In this document: positions 19,675 to 30,316 of the stretch, one piece after another
Numbering within the stretch: position 1 is the stretch's first letter
Layout: every line of letters starts with the position of its first letter
NCBI GenBank assembly: GCA_965242265.1
Contig: CBDERS010000043.1
Coordinates: forward strand, 1 to 58,507
DNA: 58,507 nt
Direction of reading: 5' to 3'
From: an uncultured Candidatus Saccharibacteria bacterium
Lineage (GTDB): Bacteria; Patescibacteriota; Saccharimonadia; Saccharimonadales; Saccharimonadaceae
The notes under the pieces: generated by a model
What the model was told of the DNA's origin: nothing
Database searches by the model: none
The model's input: only the letters and a program-made list of their open reading frames with translations
Program-made: the position numbers and the translations under genes

Positions 19675-20892
19675 CTAAGCCATCAGCTGATCAGCTAATT
19701 TTAGTGCACTGGCAAAAGACTTATCCATATCATAGTAAGCATATTCACCTAATCGACCGCCGAAGTAAATCTGCTTCGATTTATCGGCTTGCGCCAAATC
19801 CTGATATTTAGCCAGTTTAGCTTTATCTTTAGTGGTGTTAATAGGGTAATATGGCTCATCACCTTGTTGCCAAGCCTTAGAGTATTCTCGGACTATTACT
19901 GTTTTATTATAATCCGGTGCATAACCGGGCCATTTAGCTACGTCATCCGCCCTTTCGGGATGAAAATGTTTGAATTCGTGGATTCTAGTAAACTTTGGTT
20001 TAAGATCGTTGTAATTCATAACCGGGCAACCCTGAAAATCATGAACGTTCGCCACCTCTTTATCCAGTTTCAAACTTCGCCACGATAGCTCGCCAAACTG
20101 ATAGTCATAAAACTGATCAATCGGACCGGTGTAAATAGTCGTCACCCCGTCATCTCGTAATCGTTTAATATTGGCATCCTTAAAATAATCCGTCTTTAGC
20201 TTGACAGTAATAGAGCCTCTCGATTCGTTGCTGGCCTCAACCATTCGTTGAAACCAAGCTTCATAGCCATCCTGCGGTAGTCCCTCATGGGTATCCTTAA
20301 AATAGCGATTATTATAGGTGTATCGAACCGGTAAACGTTTGATGATTTCCGGCGAAAGCTCTTCGGCCGGTGTCTGCCATTGTTTGGCCGTGTAGTTTTT
20401 AATAAAAGCATTAAATAGCGGCTCACCGATCAGCGATATTCCCTGCTCGGCTAGGTTGGCCGGCTGGCGGTTCTCTTTAGCCGCCGGATTATTCTTAGCT
20501 TGTTCAGCTATTAATTCTCTAGCTTCGTCCGGTGTGTAGTTAGACCGGAAGAATTGGTTGATCGTCCCTAAATTAACCGGCATCGGAAAGACCTCCGGAC
20601 GCTCCGCACCTTTTCTTTGATGCATAGCGTAGACGTGATGTACATAGCCAGTGAACTTAGTAAACTGATTAACATATCGCCAAACAGTTTCATCGGAAGT
20701 ATGAAATAGGTGTGCCCCATACTTGTGGCATTCAATCCCTGTCTCGGTATCAAACTCGGAGTAAGCATTACCACCGATATGGTCACGCTTATCGACGACT
20801 AAGACTCGTTTACCTTGCTGAGTAGCCAGCCGTTCAGCTACCGTTAAGCCGAATATACCGGCTCCCACTACTAATACATCCGGTTGATCCAT
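19675..20892 (-). CDS. glf: UDP-galactopyranose mutase
   Basis: VGAGIFG, HIGGNAYS, HKYGAHLFHT, YTAKQW, EPYYPIN, GRLGEYAYYDM. Confidence 0.97.
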   Translation of the reverse strand: MDQPDVLVVGAGIFGLTVAERLATQQGKRVLVVDKRDHIGGNAYSEFDTETGIECHKYGAHLFHTSDETVWRYVNQFTKFTGYVHHVYAMHQRKGAERPEVFPMPVNLGTINQFFRSNYTPDEARELIAEQAKNNPAAKENRQPANLAEQGISLIGEPLFNAFIKNYTAKQWQTPAEELSPEIIKRLPVRYTYNNRYFKDTHEGLPQDGYEAWFQRMVEASNESRGSITVKLKTDYFKDANIKRLRDDGVTTIYTGPIDQFYDYQFGELSWRSLKLDKEVANVHDFQGCPVMNYNDLKPKFTRIHEFKHFHPERADDVAKWPGYAPDYNKTVIVREYSKAWQQGDEPYYPINTTKDKAKLAKYQDLAQADKSKQIYFGGRLGEYAYYDMDKSFASALKLADQLMA

Positions 20893-20894
20893 CT

Positions 20895-22424
20895 CTATCT
20901 CCCCATCGTTACCGCATCACAAGTCTGAGCCCCGTAATAATACGGTGTATCCTTATGACTAACCGTACAATAATGTTCGTCCTGCGGTAGGTTAACCAGC
21001 ATAACATCATTTGATAGATGATAATACTGTTTGAACGCTTCAGTTACCCATTTCGCCTGTATATTATTAAAGGCAATATCTTGCGCCTCACTATCCTGCA
21101 GTAAAATCGGCAGTGGCACAACCCGGATAGCGCTGCTGGTACGATTAGCTTGCTGTCGTAGATCAATCTCTCTAGTGATATAGGCATCGTGGCGTAATAC
21201 CACCGCCCGAATGATTGGTTTGTAGACTCGATACGAAGTAGCGACCGCTCCGATTAACGCCAAGATCATCGCTATATCTAAGAGATAGGTAATATTTGTA
21301 CTATATTCTCTCAGCAACACCGCTAAGATTACGGCTATTCCGATCAAGATAATCCCGGCCGGTATTATATACGACCGAAGCGGTATATTACCACCCAGTG
21401 AATAGCCCATGATTAGATAAAAAACATAACTAATAGCTAGTAGATAGATGACGATACTAGCTACCACACCGATAGACCGTCGTAATTTCAGTCCGGGTAA
21501 AACTGTAGCTAGTGCCACTCCACTACCTATCACTAAGAGAACACGCTCCCAAGTCACTAAATAGCCCAACTTAGCTATCTGAAAGAGGGGCTCAATGAAT
21601 ACTTTCTGCCAACTAAAAAAGGAATGTTCTCTCTGTCGTCGCTTAACCGATCCAGGCGAGAAATAAATAGCCAGTAAACAAGCTACTACGACAACTATAC
21701 CAACAACTAACACTCTAATATTATGCTTGGTTACTTTATTTAATTTAAAGAACTTAAATCGTTTAACTAGTCCATATATTATTAGCGAGAAACCAAAGCT
21801 ACCGACTAGATAGATAGTAGTTATTTCACAGCAGAATGCAGTGAATATCAGACTAACTACATAAATCAGCCAATTAAACCAAGTAATCACCGGCTTGGTG
21901 AATAGTTGAATGGTAAGGGTGACAACTACTATGGCACAGATGATACTAGTGATATAGATCGTACTGGAAGTCAGCCAGAGGTAGCTATCATAGATAGAGT
22001 AAGCCGATAGCATAATCAAGCTTGTCATTAGCAGTCCTAGCGCCAGAGCTTGACTACACGGTAAGTCACGAGATTTTACTCGTCCGAAAAACACCTTGAT
22101 AAACCGGACTGAAACAGCTGCCAAACTAACTAGTAAAAATATTGCTATGATAGCCGGCGTTTTACTACCCCAGAAATGGTAAAAGATAGAGATTAGAAAA
22201 GTAGGACTTAGTCTACCCGACCAATTAAGATATGACTCCGCCACAGTAGCGAAGGGGTTACCCGGGCGATCCAGGGAGAAAAAGACATAGTCGTCGGCAA
22301 TTGGTTGGTTAAATATCGCCATCACCAAGAATGGTGCTAAGATAACTAAACAAATAGTAATAATGATGAGATAACGACGATTCTCGAGAGTCTTAGAGAG
22401 TTTATCTTTCCAGCTACCAGCCAT
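20895..22424 (-). CDS. multi-TM GT-C type glycosyltransferase (DUF6056/GtrII-like)
   Basis: PIADDYVF and YLNWSGR in the first loop, many TMs; start at ATG 22424 after GGAGAGG. Confidence 0.7.
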   Translation of the reverse strand: MAGSWKDKLSKTLENRRYLIIITICLVILAPFLVMAIFNQPIADDYVFFSLDRPGNPFATVAESYLNWSGRLSPTFLISIFYHFWGSKTPAIIAIFLLVSLAAVSVRFIKVFFGRVKSRDLPCSQALALGLLMTSLIMLSAYSIYDSYLWLTSSTIYITSIICAIVVVTLTIQLFTKPVITWFNWLIYVVSLIFTAFCCEITTIYLVGSFGFSLIIYGLVKRFKFFKLNKVTKHNIRVLVVGIVVVVACLLAIYFSPGSVKRRQREHSFFSWQKVFIEPLFQIAKLGYLVTWERVLLVIGSGVALATVLPGLKLRRSIGVVASIVIYLLAISYVFYLIMGYSLGGNIPLRSYIIPAGIILIGIAVILAVLLREYSTNITYLLDIAMILALIGAVATSYRVYKPIIRAVVLRHDAYITREIDLRQQANRTSSAIRVVPLPILLQDSEAQDIAFNNIQAKWVTEAFKQYYHLSNDVMLVNLPQDEHYCTVSHKDTPYYYGAQTCDAVTMGR

Positions 22425-24735
22425 AGACCTCTCCGATATGCTTTTGATAAATCGCTCGATCGTGTTCGTGTAATATTTTCTGGTTAAATTTCTTGCGCTC
22501 ATCAGGCGAAAGCAGCTGATCAGACCGGTCATAGAACTTTAGAATAGCCTCTAAGTAAGCCTCAGCATTACCATTGTCATCAACCAAGAAGCCATTCTTA
22601 CCATCCTTGATTACTTCAGGCAGAGAACCGCATTTCCCTACGATCACAAATAGATTAGACTTAAGCGCTTCCAGTACTATATTAGGCAACCCTTCAAACT
22701 GAGTCGGTAAAATTAGCATATCTACTTGATCAATCGGTAGTTCTCTAAACCCATTAAACGTCCCCAGATAATGAGCATTATTAATTTGCTCTACAAGCTT
22801 CATATCCTTACCATCGTACAGCTTATCATCCTGGTCGGGGGATCCATAGATATCTAGTTGAATTCCTCGTTCCGCTAACTCACGGTGTGAGGCGAGAATT
22901 AAGTCAAGCCGTTTCTGGGCACTAAAGCGACCCGCATACATGATATGGTGTTTAATGGTATAGTCTTGTTTCATCTCTACCGGAGCGATCGGCAGAGCGA
23001 TTGGCTTGATCTTTTTACCGTCCCAACCATTGATTTCCATTAGCTGCTTCTTATAGCCTCCACCATCAGTGATTAGGCAATCAATATAACGATATACTTT
23101 ACTTAGAATAGTCGTCTCAAAAGTTAGACCACAGTCATTTATTCCATAACACCAGTCATGAATAATAATTCGAGTATGACGTTTGATTTCGTCATGCCAT
23201 TCATTAACCAAGTTATAGCCAACACCCGAATTCATCACCGTTAGACGTTCCAGTTTTGGCCAATTCTGAATCATCCTCAGCAGCATGATCTCCAGATCTT
23301 TATCGCTAATCTGATCAAGCGAAAAATATTCGTCTCTTTCTAAGAAGGCTACTCCGGGAAGTTCATTCAGTCGGTCTCGCCAAAGATTCTTGTCGCCGGC
23401 ATTCGTCCCGATCACTAATACTCGCCGATTATGCTCAGATAAGGCTTGGCAAAGCTCAACCATTGCCTTGTCCGCTCCACCCCTTGTTAAGTGAGGAATT
23501 AAAAGTAAGTCAGTAGTTTGCTCAATGTCAGGTAAACTACATAGACGATAGTAGACATCATTTAGTTCACTCGGTTGAATCGCCGTATAGACCGGCAATA
23601 AATTAATAAAGTCTGTCGTATTATAAGTTGCCAACGGTTCGATATTATTTAACTGTCTAATATCATCAAACATTTCCCTAGTGAAGCCGGCTCTATTTAG
23701 CCTCTCTAGATTAAGCTCTTTTAGCTTATCAGTACTTAATTTGGTCGTATATTCCTGATGTCTTATTAGTCGACCAGCCTGTTTGGCTGACCGTGCCGTC
23801 TCAATGAGTAGTCGTTTGCCATAGAGTAAGATATTTCTAGCCGGTGAGCAGTGAACTTTAATATATTGCTCAGCACTATCCTTTGATTGATCATTCGTGA
23901 TCACCGGAGCGTCCAACCGAGCTGACAACTCTTGCATTTCCTCGAAATTACGATGGTTAAGACTGCTAAAAACCCGTGGGGAAAAGAATCGACTAGGCGC
24001 CAGACACAACCGACAATTTGAGCTAGAATTAGCTAAAAGTGAGCCGGTTAATTTACGACGATAAAGTATCATCGTACTGGGAGCCACTGAAATATCGTAA
24101 CCACTAGCGATCATTTCAATTAGAATATGATAATCTTCATAACGATATCGCCCATCTCCGGGAGTATATTTTATCTTCTCAAAGATACTACTACTAACAA
24201 ATATCTGCGACTGATATAAGTTATTGGCATACATATTGGTGGCTAATTGATGCGGATCATTAGAGGCAAGTAACTTCCTAATACTACACGTCCTACACAA
24301 CCCACTCCATTCGTCCATATCCAGTACAAACTCCGGTTCAATCACCACCGGTTTGCCAGCTTTAATTGCCAGTTGATACATTCTAAGTAGATATTTAATT
24401 GAGAACAAATCATCGCCATCATAAATCTGAATATATTTCACTTTACTAGCCAGAGCTTTATTAATCAGATAGTTACGACTTAGCGACAAGTCACCAAAGT
24501 CGACTGTATAATGTCGCAGTTCATCTACGACCTCCGTCAGAAAGTGCCTCGACTTAGTAAAGAATTGCTTAGTATAGTCATCCGGACAGTCTAGCGATAT
24601 ATTAGCCTGAACTTTCAGTCTCGGATACTCTTCTTTCAGAGATTTAACATTCAGAGCAATCGACTGAAAAGTCTTATAGAGTAAATCCCCTTCATTATGA
24701 AGAGTAATATTGAGTGCTATATCCATCTTAGTCAT
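22414..24735 (-). CDS. fused GT2-GT4 glycosyltransferase
   Basis: N-terminal TLHNEG..DGDD..YED; C-terminal GGADK, GRFSAQK, FEGLPNIVLEAL. Confidence 0.85.
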   Translation of the reverse strand: MTKMDIALNITLHNEGDLLYKTFQSIALNVKSLKEEYPRLKVQANISLDCPDDYTKQFFTKSRHFLTEVVDELRHYTVDFGDLSLSRNYLINKALASKVKYIQIYDGDDLFSIKYLLRMYQLAIKAGKPVVIEPEFVLDMDEWSGLCRTCSIRKLLASNDPHQLATNMYANNLYQSQIFVSSSIFEKIKYTPGDGRYRYEDYHILIEMIASGYDISVAPSTMILYRRKLTGSLLANSSSNCRLCLAPSRFFSPRVFSSLNHRNFEEMQELSARLDAPVITNDQSKDSAEQYIKVHCSPARNILLYGKRLLIETARSAKQAGRLIRHQEYTTKLSTDKLKELNLERLNRAGFTREMFDDIRQLNNIEPLATYNTTDFINLLPVYTAIQPSELNDVYYRLCSLPDIEQTTDLLLIPHLTRGGADKAMVELCQALSEHNRRVLVIGTNAGDKNLWRDRLNELPGVAFLERDEYFSLDQISDKDLEIMLLRMIQNWPKLERLTVMNSGVGYNLVNEWHDEIKRHTRIIIHDWCYGINDCGLTFETTILSKVYRYIDCLITDGGGYKKQLMEINGWDGKKIKPIALPIAPVEMKQDYTIKHHIMYAGRFSAQKRLDLILASHRELAERGIQLDIYGSPDQDDKLYDGKDMKLVEQINNAHYLGTFNGFRELPIDQVDMLILPTQFEGLPNIVLEALKSNLFVIVGKCGSLPEVIKDGKNGFLVDDNGNAEAYLEAILKFYDRSDQLLSPDERKKFNQKILHEHDRAIYQKHIGEVYGW

Positions 24736-24772
24736 TACTATCATATTATCATGTGTGCTAGGATAATACGTA

Positions 24773-25885
24773 ATGAAATCCCGTCTACTGTGGTGTGATA
24801 TCCTCCGAGTTATTGCGACTATTATGGTAATCAGTATCCACACCATATCTGTTTATCAGTATAATTATATCAAGCCGTTGCAACCTTTACCCTATTTCAT
24901 CTTTGGTATATTTAATTCGCTTAATCGAATGGCAGTCCCTGCCTTTTTTATGCTTACCGGAGCATTAACACTTAGGCAGACTAGAAAACCAATCACCCGA
25001 GAATCTTATACTAGTTTTGTAAAGAATATTATTTACCGACTCGTTATACCATTTATTATATTCTCTTTAACTATTTATCTGCTAACCAATCAGCAGCCTT
25101 GGTCGGTCACCAGATTCTTAGCTCTATTCTTAAATTACCCTGGCGCACAAAAGCACATGTGGTTTATGTATGTCATTATAATGATCTATTTCTTTATCCC
25201 GTTTTTAAGAAGATTTATCCAATCCTTAAGCAGACATGAGCTAAAATTATTGATTTGTCTAATATTTGTATGCAGTAACATACTATCTGAACTATTTATA
25301 TTATCTAAGCATTATCACAAAATGGTGTTTAATGAAGTCGCTCTACCGTATATCATTGCCTATACTAATCTGGTGTTACTAGGACTATACTTCATGAAGT
25401 ACAACATCTCTCCCAGTAAACGTAGGTTGATTTATATACTAGGTATAATTAGTCTAATACTCCTACCTATTATTCAAGCGCTAACTAATAATGTTGATGT
25501 AGCAAAAGATCTAATAACCGGTCGCTCAGTATTGCCGGTATTTATCAGTTCGGCAGGATTTATATTTATAAAATACCATTTCAGTAAGGTTAAGTTATCC
25601 TCCTGTGTCACCAAGGTTATTACGAGGTTGTCGGAGATATCCTTTTATACCTATCTCATCCATGTGACTATTATTGATATTTTCTACACCTACCTGCTAA
25701 ATCATAATTATCTTAATACATGGACAGACCAGCTAATATGGACACCGACTCAAATCATCGTAGTTTTTATTGTTTCCAGTATTATTGCTTACCTCTTTGA
25801 CAAGTTATACCGTTATCTAACCAAGAAATCATCAGCGCTGATTACGAGACACCAACCAGCCAAGCAACTAGGTAATTCGAGCTAA
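24773..25885 (+). CDS. acyltransferase-3 family O-acyltransferase
   Basis: DILRVIA..MVISIH, AVPAFFMLTG, HMWFMY, SFYTYLIH; very AT-rich DNA. Confidence 0.9.
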   Translation: MKSRLLWCDILRVIATIMVISIHTISVYQYNYIKPLQPLPYFIFGIFNSLNRMAVPAFFMLTGALTLRQTRKPITRESYTSFVKNIIYRLVIPFIIFSLTIYLLTNQQPWSVTRFLALFLNYPGAQKHMWFMYVIIMIYFFIPFLRRFIQSLSRHELKLLICLIFVCSNILSELFILSKHYHKMVFNEVALPYIIAYTNLVLLGLYFMKYNISPSKRRLIYILGIISLILLPIIQALTNNVDVAKDLITGRSVLPVFISSAGFIFIKYHFSKVKLSSCVTKVITRLSEISFYTYLIHVTIIDIFYTYLLNHNYLNTWTDQLIWTPTQIIVVFIVSSIIAYLFDKLYRYLTKKSSALITRHQPAKQLGNSS

Positions 25886-25971
25886 CGCTTACTTATCGTT
25901 AGTCTTTTTTAGCTTATCTTAACTATGTTTCTTCATTTTATATTCTTGTTTTAATCGCTTTTGTCAGATTA

Positions 25972-26718
25972 TTAACGAAAGAGTCCACTATACTCATCCG
26001 CCACCTCACTGGGGTTACCCTCCACTTTGATCAGTCCATTATCAATCAAGATCGCTCTATTACAAAACTCTCGCACTGCGCTCATATCGTGTGTCACCAG
26101 GACAATCGTCTTACCTCTTCGCTTCGCCTCCTGGAAGTAGTCGTGACATTTCTTCTGGAATGCTTCATCGCCGACTGCCAGTACTTCATCCAAGACTAAG
26201 ATATCGCCCTTAGCTTTGATCGCTACCGAGAAGGCTAAGCGAACCTGCATACCGGAGGAATAGTTCTTCAGCTTCTGGTCCATAAAATCATGTAGCTCGG
26301 CGAAATCAACGATATCGCCATACATAGCGCTAACCTGCTTCCGACTAAAGCCAAGCATCGCTCCATTAAGATAGACATTTTCCCGACCGGTCAGCTCAGG
26401 ATTAAAGCCAACTCCCAGCTCGATGAACGACACCAGCGAGCCGTTAACTTTAATTTGCCCCTGGTCGGGCGGATAAATGCCTGAGATTAGTTTTAGTAGA
26501 GTTGATTTACCGGACCCATTACGACCAACGATACCAAAGAAATCGCCCTTCTTAACCTCAAACGAGATATCTTTCAGTACCTCCTGGCGTCGATAGCCTT
26601 TAATTCCTTTTGTCCAATTCACGAAGACTTGCTTTATTTCGTTGGAATGTTCAGTCGGCAACTTAAATGATTTGCTGACATGACTCACCCTTAGTGTGAC
26701 TTTATCCTTATTCATCAC
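25972..26718 (-). CDS. wzt: polysaccharide ABC exporter ATPase, no C-terminal binding domain
   Basis: GRNGSGKST, ELTGRENV, YSSGMQVRLAFS, DEVLAVGD. Confidence 0.93.
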   Translation of the reverse strand: MMNKDKVTLRVSHVSKSFKLPTEHSNEIKQVFVNWTKGIKGYRRQEVLKDISFEVKKGDFFGIVGRNGSGKSTLLKLISGIYPPDQGQIKVNGSLVSFIELGVGFNPELTGRENVYLNGAMLGFSRKQVSAMYGDIVDFAELHDFMDQKLKNYSSGMQVRLAFSVAIKAKGDILVLDEVLAVGDEAFQKKCHDYFQEAKRRGKTIVLVTHDMSAVREFCNRAILIDNGLIKVEGNPSEVADEYSGLFR

Positions 26719-27555
26719 CTACAGCTCCTCCGCAAAGTATGGCGACCGGCGCCGAAATACCGTCACACCGACCAATAGTACTATTGCTATAATCAGCAAA
26801 GGAATTAGCTTTAAGAGCCAGCACTGCTGACCAACCAGCCCCCAGATTGTTTCCGTCTGAGTCGTCACTACTAGGTAGCGGGCATCTTGAATGATCTGGG
26901 CGATCGGGTTTAACATCAGAACTAACTTAGCGACAGATAGCCAGCCAACATTAATTAGCTGCGTCAAGGGATAAATGATGGGTGTAGCATAAAACCACGC
27001 CTGCATGATCACATCCCAAATATGACCAATATCTCGAAACCTAACAAACATAGTGCTAAGTAGAAAGGCAATTCCTAGAGCAAAAATGTACAGTTCGACC
27101 ACGACTAAAGGAAACAGTAAAATAGTCGGACGAAACTCCACTCCATTAACGATCATGAAGATCAGCACCACGAAGAGACTAATCACCAGATTTATCAAAG
27201 CCGAGACCGTTGATGATACTACTACGATATACTTAGGGAACTTTAGCTTACGCAGTAAATCGCCCCTCCCGACGATGGCTTGCATCCCCTGTGAAGTTGC
27301 TTCCTGAAAAAAAGCCCATAATGTCTGAGCTAATAATAGCGAGACGGCAAAGTGCGGGATGCCCGCCCCGAAGCGAAGGAAGCGAACAAATACTACATAC
27401 ATCACTGCGAAAAGCATCAGAGGCTTGAGGACCGACCAAGCCATCCCCAGCATCGATCCTTGATAGCGAAGCTTAAAGTCAGTCTTGACTAGCTCACGCA
27501 GTAATATCCAAGAGTAGCGGTATTTACTGATTAGTTTACCTGTCGTCCGTCTCAT
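26719..27555 (-). CDS. wzm: polysaccharide ABC exporter permease
   Basis: DFKLRYQGSMLGMAWS, FYATPIIYP, NP; adjacent to wzt. Confidence 0.93.
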   Translation of the reverse strand: MRRTTGKLISKYRYSWILLRELVKTDFKLRYQGSMLGMAWSVLKPLMLFAVMYVVFVRFLRFGAGIPHFAVSLLLAQTLWAFFQEATSQGMQAIVGRGDLLRKLKFPKYIVVVSSTVSALINLVISLFVVLIFMIVNGVEFRPTILLFPLVVVELYIFALGIAFLLSTMFVRFRDIGHIWDVIMQAWFYATPIIYPLTQLINVGWLSVAKLVLMLNPIAQIIQDARYLVVTTQTETIWGLVGQQCWLLKLIPLLIIAIVLLVGVTVFRRRSPYFAEEL

Positions 27556-27596
27556 TTACCGCCTATTATAACATCTAATCGGTTAGTAAAAGCGAG

Positions 27597-28196
27597 TTAC
27601 AAGATTATTTCGCCGGTTAATTTACCCTGGCGAGTCTTAGTCGATAGATTAACTGTGACTAACCACTTACCGGTCTGCTTATCACGATCTCGTTCAACAT
27701 CATTAATCAGCACATCGAAGCCGTTACAGATAGAGGTAGTGGATGAATTAGCGATAATCTGCGTAGTATTATTATACTTCTGCTCACGTGGACCGACTAG
27801 AGCCAGTTCACAAGTGCCATCATTGATTACTTCATTGATAGTTACTCTTACTTGGAGCGACCCATTAACGAGACTGGTATTATCTATCTTACCCTTGATT
27901 GGTTTAGGAGTCTTTTTCCTCTTTTTAACTTCGGTGTTATTAGGGTCTTTCTGCTCGCCCGGCTTATTCGGGGTATCTTTATCATCAGTTTCTTCTTCAT
28001 CATCCGGTTCCTTCTTTGGTTTAGGCTTCTTTGCCTGCTTGGCGAGGGGAGTCTTCTTCACCTTATAATCATCACCCTTCTGAGCGCTAATCACAATCAC
28101 CGTGATCAAAGTGGCGAGCAAGACGACGAAGATAAATATCGTTACCCCGATGATCGCCTTAAATGATTTCTTCTTTTTATACGTTACTTCAACCAT
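27597..28196 (-). CDS. membrane-anchored hypothetical protein with Cys-paired beta domain (paralog of 19030-19620)
   Basis: TM, K/E/D-rich linker, VRVTIN..GTCELAL...IANSSTTSICNGFD...GKW.V.V. Confidence 0.8.
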   Translation of the reverse strand: MVEVTYKKKKSFKAIIGVTIFIFVVLLATLITVIVISAQKGDDYKVKKTPLAKQAKKPKPKKEPDDEEETDDKDTPNKPGEQKDPNNTEVKKRKKTPKPIKGKIDNTSLVNGSLQVRVTINEVINDGTCELALVGPREQKYNNTTQIIANSSTTSICNGFDVLINDVERDRDKQTGKWLVTVNLSTKTRQGKLTGEIIL

Positions 28197-28260
28197 TACT
28201 ATCCCTCTGTCTAGTCATTACTCTTATCGTGATTATACTATAGTTTGTTATCATATAGCT

Positions 28261-29331
28261 ATGACTAGACCCGAGCTGTCCATTATTATCCCTGCTTATA
28301 ATTGTGCCGGCGATATCACCGAAATGGTTGATAGCATCAGAGCGCAAGACTACTCTGATTATGAGCTGATCATCGTCAATGACCATTCGACCGATGATAC
28401 CGCTCAGGTGCTGAGCCGGTTAAGCCGATCCGACCGGCGCATCGTGGCTATTAACCAACCGGCTAATGGTGGCGCCAGTGTCGCTCGCAATACCGGTATA
28501 TCTCGAGCTAAGGGTAAATACCTGATGTTTATCGATGCTGATGACACTCTGAAGAAGGGAGCTTTAGCTAAGTTCATTAGTGCCATCAAGAGTAATCAAG
28601 CTCAATTAGCAGTGAGCGGCTTTACTATCATCACCCGGAAGAACCGGCAAGAGCTATCTAGAGTGAATGTCTGTAGTGAACCGTTGCCTAGTCGTCAGAC
28701 TGACGAGCCTTGGAAAATATATATCCTTCGTTTACTTGGCATTGACGGCAGGCTCTATCAAGTCTGGAATAAGATATATCTCACTTCTCTCATCAAGAAG
28801 CATCACCTCGCTTTTCAGTCTGGCGTTAATTTCGGTGAGGACCTCCTCTTTAATCTCGACTATCTTAGTCTGATTAGCCATATCTCATTTATCCCCGCCC
28901 CGCTTTACAATTATTACCAGAGCTTAGACAGTGGTACTTTCAGCAAATCATCTCTGGTTTATCAAAATAGACTGGATAATTTCACTGCGCTGGAGAAATT
29001 CCTAGCCGACATCCCTCCCGGTGAGCCACGAGATAGTTTGCTACGCTGGGTCAAATATAGTTGGATTTATTCTCACCTGCTGGCTACCTATTCAGCTGAT
29101 TTACCTAAGAGCACTAAGCTGGGTATGATCCGCCAGATTCATCAAGTCGATGGTCAAGTGCCGCTCAGTCACCCATCAGTCATCGGTCGTCGTAAGGTGC
29201 GACTGGAACGCACTATCAGGCATCTTATCAGACACCCCCGTCTCGCCCTATTTTCTATCAGTTTATCTAATGCCGTTAAATACCATCGCCTTACCACCGG
29301 TCTATGGCATAAGCTCAAGAGAAAACTATAG
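28261..29331 (+). CDS. GT2 glycosyltransferase
   Basis: LSIIIPAYN, NDHSTD, FIDADD, GEDLLFN; start at ATG 28261. Confidence 0.92.
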   Translation: MTRPELSIIIPAYNCAGDITEMVDSIRAQDYSDYELIIVNDHSTDDTAQVLSRLSRSDRRIVAINQPANGGASVARNTGISRAKGKYLMFIDADDTLKKGALAKFISAIKSNQAQLAVSGFTIITRKNRQELSRVNVCSEPLPSRQTDEPWKIYILRLLGIDGRLYQVWNKIYLTSLIKKHHLAFQSGVNFGEDLLFNLDYLSLISHISFIPAPLYNYYQSLDSGTFSKSSLVYQNRLDNFTALEKFLADIPPGEPRDSLLRWVKYSWIYSHLLATYSADLPKSTKLGMIRQIHQVDGQVPLSHPSVIGRRKVRLERTIRHLIRHPRLALFSISLSNAVKYHRLTTGLWHKLKRKL

Positions 29332-29353
29332 CTTTATGTTACGATATTAGTTA

Positions 29354-30316
29354 ATGAGTAAGCTAATCACTATCATCATCCCCGCCTACAACGAAGAGGA
29401 GACTCTACCGGATATCATTAGTCGTCTGACTAAATTAGCCAAGAGGATTGATAATTATGACTTTGAATTCCTCTTCGTTAACGATGGCTCACGTGACCAT
29501 ACTAGCGACCTGCTAAGTAGCTTCGCTAAGCAGGACCCGAGGGTGTCGTATATTAATTTATCTCGTAATTTTGGTAAGGAGATTGCCGTAGCCGCCGGTA
29601 TAGATCATGCTCAAGGTGACGCCGCCGTCATTATGGATGCTGACGGTCAAGAACCACCGGAAGTCATCCCTAAGATGATCAAATGGTGGGAGCAGGGCTA
29701 TGACGATGTCTACGCTAAACGCAATAGAAAGAAAGACTCAGCAGTACGTCGCTTTACTTCTCACACTTATTACCGCACTCTACAGAAGGCCACCCGAGTA
29801 CCTATCCAGATTGATACCGGTGATTTTCGCTTACTTAACCGTCGTTGCCTCGAGGCGCTACGTCAATTTCGTGAATCATCACGCCAGAATAAAGCTCTTT
29901 TTTCTTGGATTGGCTATCGCAAGAAGGAAATTACCTTCGATCATGCTATCCGTACTGCCGGTCAGACCAAGTGGAAGTTCGGTCTCCTCTCCCCGGGCAA
30001 CTCTTTAATCAACCTAGCCATTGACGGCTTTACTAGCTTTACCACTATCCCCTTACGCCTGATCACTGTCGCCGGTATGATTATTAGCTTACTGACCTTT
30101 ATTTACATTATCGTCATCTTGTTTCAAGCACTGTTGGGTGTACCTCGAATCGGCGGGTTTAACACTCTACTGATCGCCGTTCTTTTCCTGGGTGGTATCC
30201 AGATGTTATCACTAGGTATTATCGGTGAATATATCGGGCGAATCTTCATCGAGACAAAGGGACGTCCGCTCTATCTGATCCAAGATCAGCATCAGTCTAA
30301 GCATCATCGCCCATGA
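29354..30316 (+). CDS. GtrB-like polyprenol-phosphate glycosyltransferase
   Basis: IIPAYNEE, DGSRD, SRNFGKE, MDADGQ, GDFRL, two C-terminal TMs, GEYIGRIF. Confidence 0.92.
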   Translation: MSKLITIIIPAYNEEETLPDIISRLTKLAKRIDNYDFEFLFVNDGSRDHTSDLLSSFAKQDPRVSYINLSRNFGKEIAVAAGIDHAQGDAAVIMDADGQEPPEVIPKMIKWWEQGYDDVYAKRNRKKDSAVRRFTSHTYYRTLQKATRVPIQIDTGDFRLLNRRCLEALRQFRESSRQNKALFSWIGYRKKEITFDHAIRTAGQTKWKFGLLSPGNSLINLAIDGFTSFTTIPLRLITVAGMIISLLTFIYIIVILFQALLGVPRIGGFNTLLIAVLFLGGIQMLSLGIIGEYIGRIFIETKGRPLYLIQDQHQSKHHRP

